Shown: piece by piece, positions 15,907 to 16,559 of the stretch
Layout of the letters: every line of letters begins with the position of its first letter
How positions within the stretch are numbered: the stretch's first letter is position 1
Origin: Candidatus Omnitrophota bacterium
Lineage (GTDB): Bacteria > Omnitrophota > Omnitrophia > Omnitrophales > Aquincolibacteriaceae
Assembly (NCBI GenBank): GCA_043803685.1
Contig: JAZDJU010000104.1
Location: 1-16,559 of the forward strand
Reading direction: 5' to 3'
Length of the DNA stretch: 16,559 bases
Made by a program: the position numbers and the translations under genes
The notes under the pieces: model-generated
Seen by the model: only the letters and a program-made list of their open reading frames with translations
What the model was told of the DNA's origin: nothing
The model's database searches: none

Positions 15907-16227
15907 ACTTTCTATTCAAAGATTTATAAGAAAGTTGGACTACCCTCTTAATCCCTAAGGAGGGAATTGAAAAGAGCTCTTGTTTGCAAATATGACTTAC
16001 GTCATATTTGTGAGAGCGAGTGGCCGACCGTAGCGTGAGCGAAGGCGCCAATTCCCTCCCTGCCCAACTTTCTATTCAAAGATTTATAAGAAAGTTGGAC
16101 TACCCTCTTAATCCCTAAGGAGGGAATTGAAGAGAGCTCTTGTTTGCAAATATGACTTACGTCATATTTGTGAGAGCGAGTGGCCGACCGTAGCGTGAGC
16201 GAAGGCGCCAATTCCCTCCCTGCCCAA
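15889..16227 (+). repeat. 160-bp tandem repeat (2 units + 19 bp) anchored on the tRNA-Phe 3' end; each unit holds one structured element (15959-16066, 16119-16226)
   Basis: caattccctccctgcccaa at 15889, 16049 and 16209. The units differ at one position that I could see (15972 A vs 16132 G). Confidence 0.95.
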
Positions 16228-16363
16228 GTTTTCCTCTTCTTTTCCTTAATGGTTAACTTGAACTGCACTGATTTCTTCATCAGTTTTCTTCATAATGAGA
16301 GATCAGGTGCTGCCCGATCTTTTTCAAAAAACTCCCAAGAAGAACTGTTGTCTTCTGAAAAAT

Positions 16364-16396
16364 AAAAAAAGGGCGGGATGAATGTTCATCCCGCCC
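16364..16396 (-). terminator. Intrinsic terminator
   Basis: gggcgggatgaa-tg-ttcatcccgccc hairpin, followed on the minus strand by 7 T. Confidence 0.8.
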
Positions 16397-16420
16397 CTTC
16401 GCTAAGTCTGGATCCCGATC

Positions 16421-16559
16421 TTACCGCGTTACCTCAGCCAAAACCTTGCTAAGTAGCACGCTTCCCTTCTCAGAACCCGAAGATACGCTCGCTTTACTTC
16501 CCTGGCTGTTGACCGCCTTCAAACCCGTCGAAACTTGCTTCGTGGAACTCTCCGCACCA
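16421..16559 (-). CDS. Probable 3' end of a gene entering from the right edge (partial)
   Basis: Open minus frame ...KASVSSGSEKGSVLLSKVLAEVTR* ends just before the terminator. Confidence 0.5.
   Translation of the reverse strand, partial: GAESSTKQVSTGLKAVNSQGSKASVSSGSEKGSVLLSKVLAEVTR

Noticed and set aside
15889..16227. CRISPR array interpretation of the three 19-bp repeats
   Set aside because: The intervening sequences are 141 bp and near-identical, the repeat is the tRNA 3' end, and no cas genes are present.
15845..16280. Minus-strand ORFs 15845-16051 and 16002-16280 with repeated peptide
   Set aside because: They are translations of the DNA repeat and antisense tRNA; the conservation pattern is structural rather than codon-based.

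Overview
Bacterial chromosomal window with five tRNA genes: Gly-GCC, Leu-TAG, Lys-CTT, Arg-TCG and Phe-GAA. The left part is a minus-strand housekeeping run (tRNA-Gly, tig, clpP, class V aminotransferase, serA). Next to tRNA-Lys is a small GIY-YIG nuclease cassette. A visibly AT-richer accessory block follows (HEPN-like protein, AAA/ABC-type ATPase plus PIN protein), then a RelE/HigB-type addiction module, a ydbH/ynbE/ydbL-like envelope operon, an apparently inactive M48 peptidase, a membrane protein and a ROK kinase. The most striking signal is non-coding. Three different tRNA genes (Leu, Arg, Phe x2) are each followed by a homologous ~106-108 nt structured element with covarying stems. Its 5' end is antisense to the T-arm of the adjacent tRNA, and its 3' end repeats that tRNA's last 18 nt. 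Two tRNAs (Lys, Arg) are also preceded by a duplicated 5' end split by paired hairpins; at Lys the duplication brackets the GIY-YIG gene. Together these suggest a tRNA-targeted mobile or regulatory system I cannot assign to a known family. All calls were made by eye; no searches were run.
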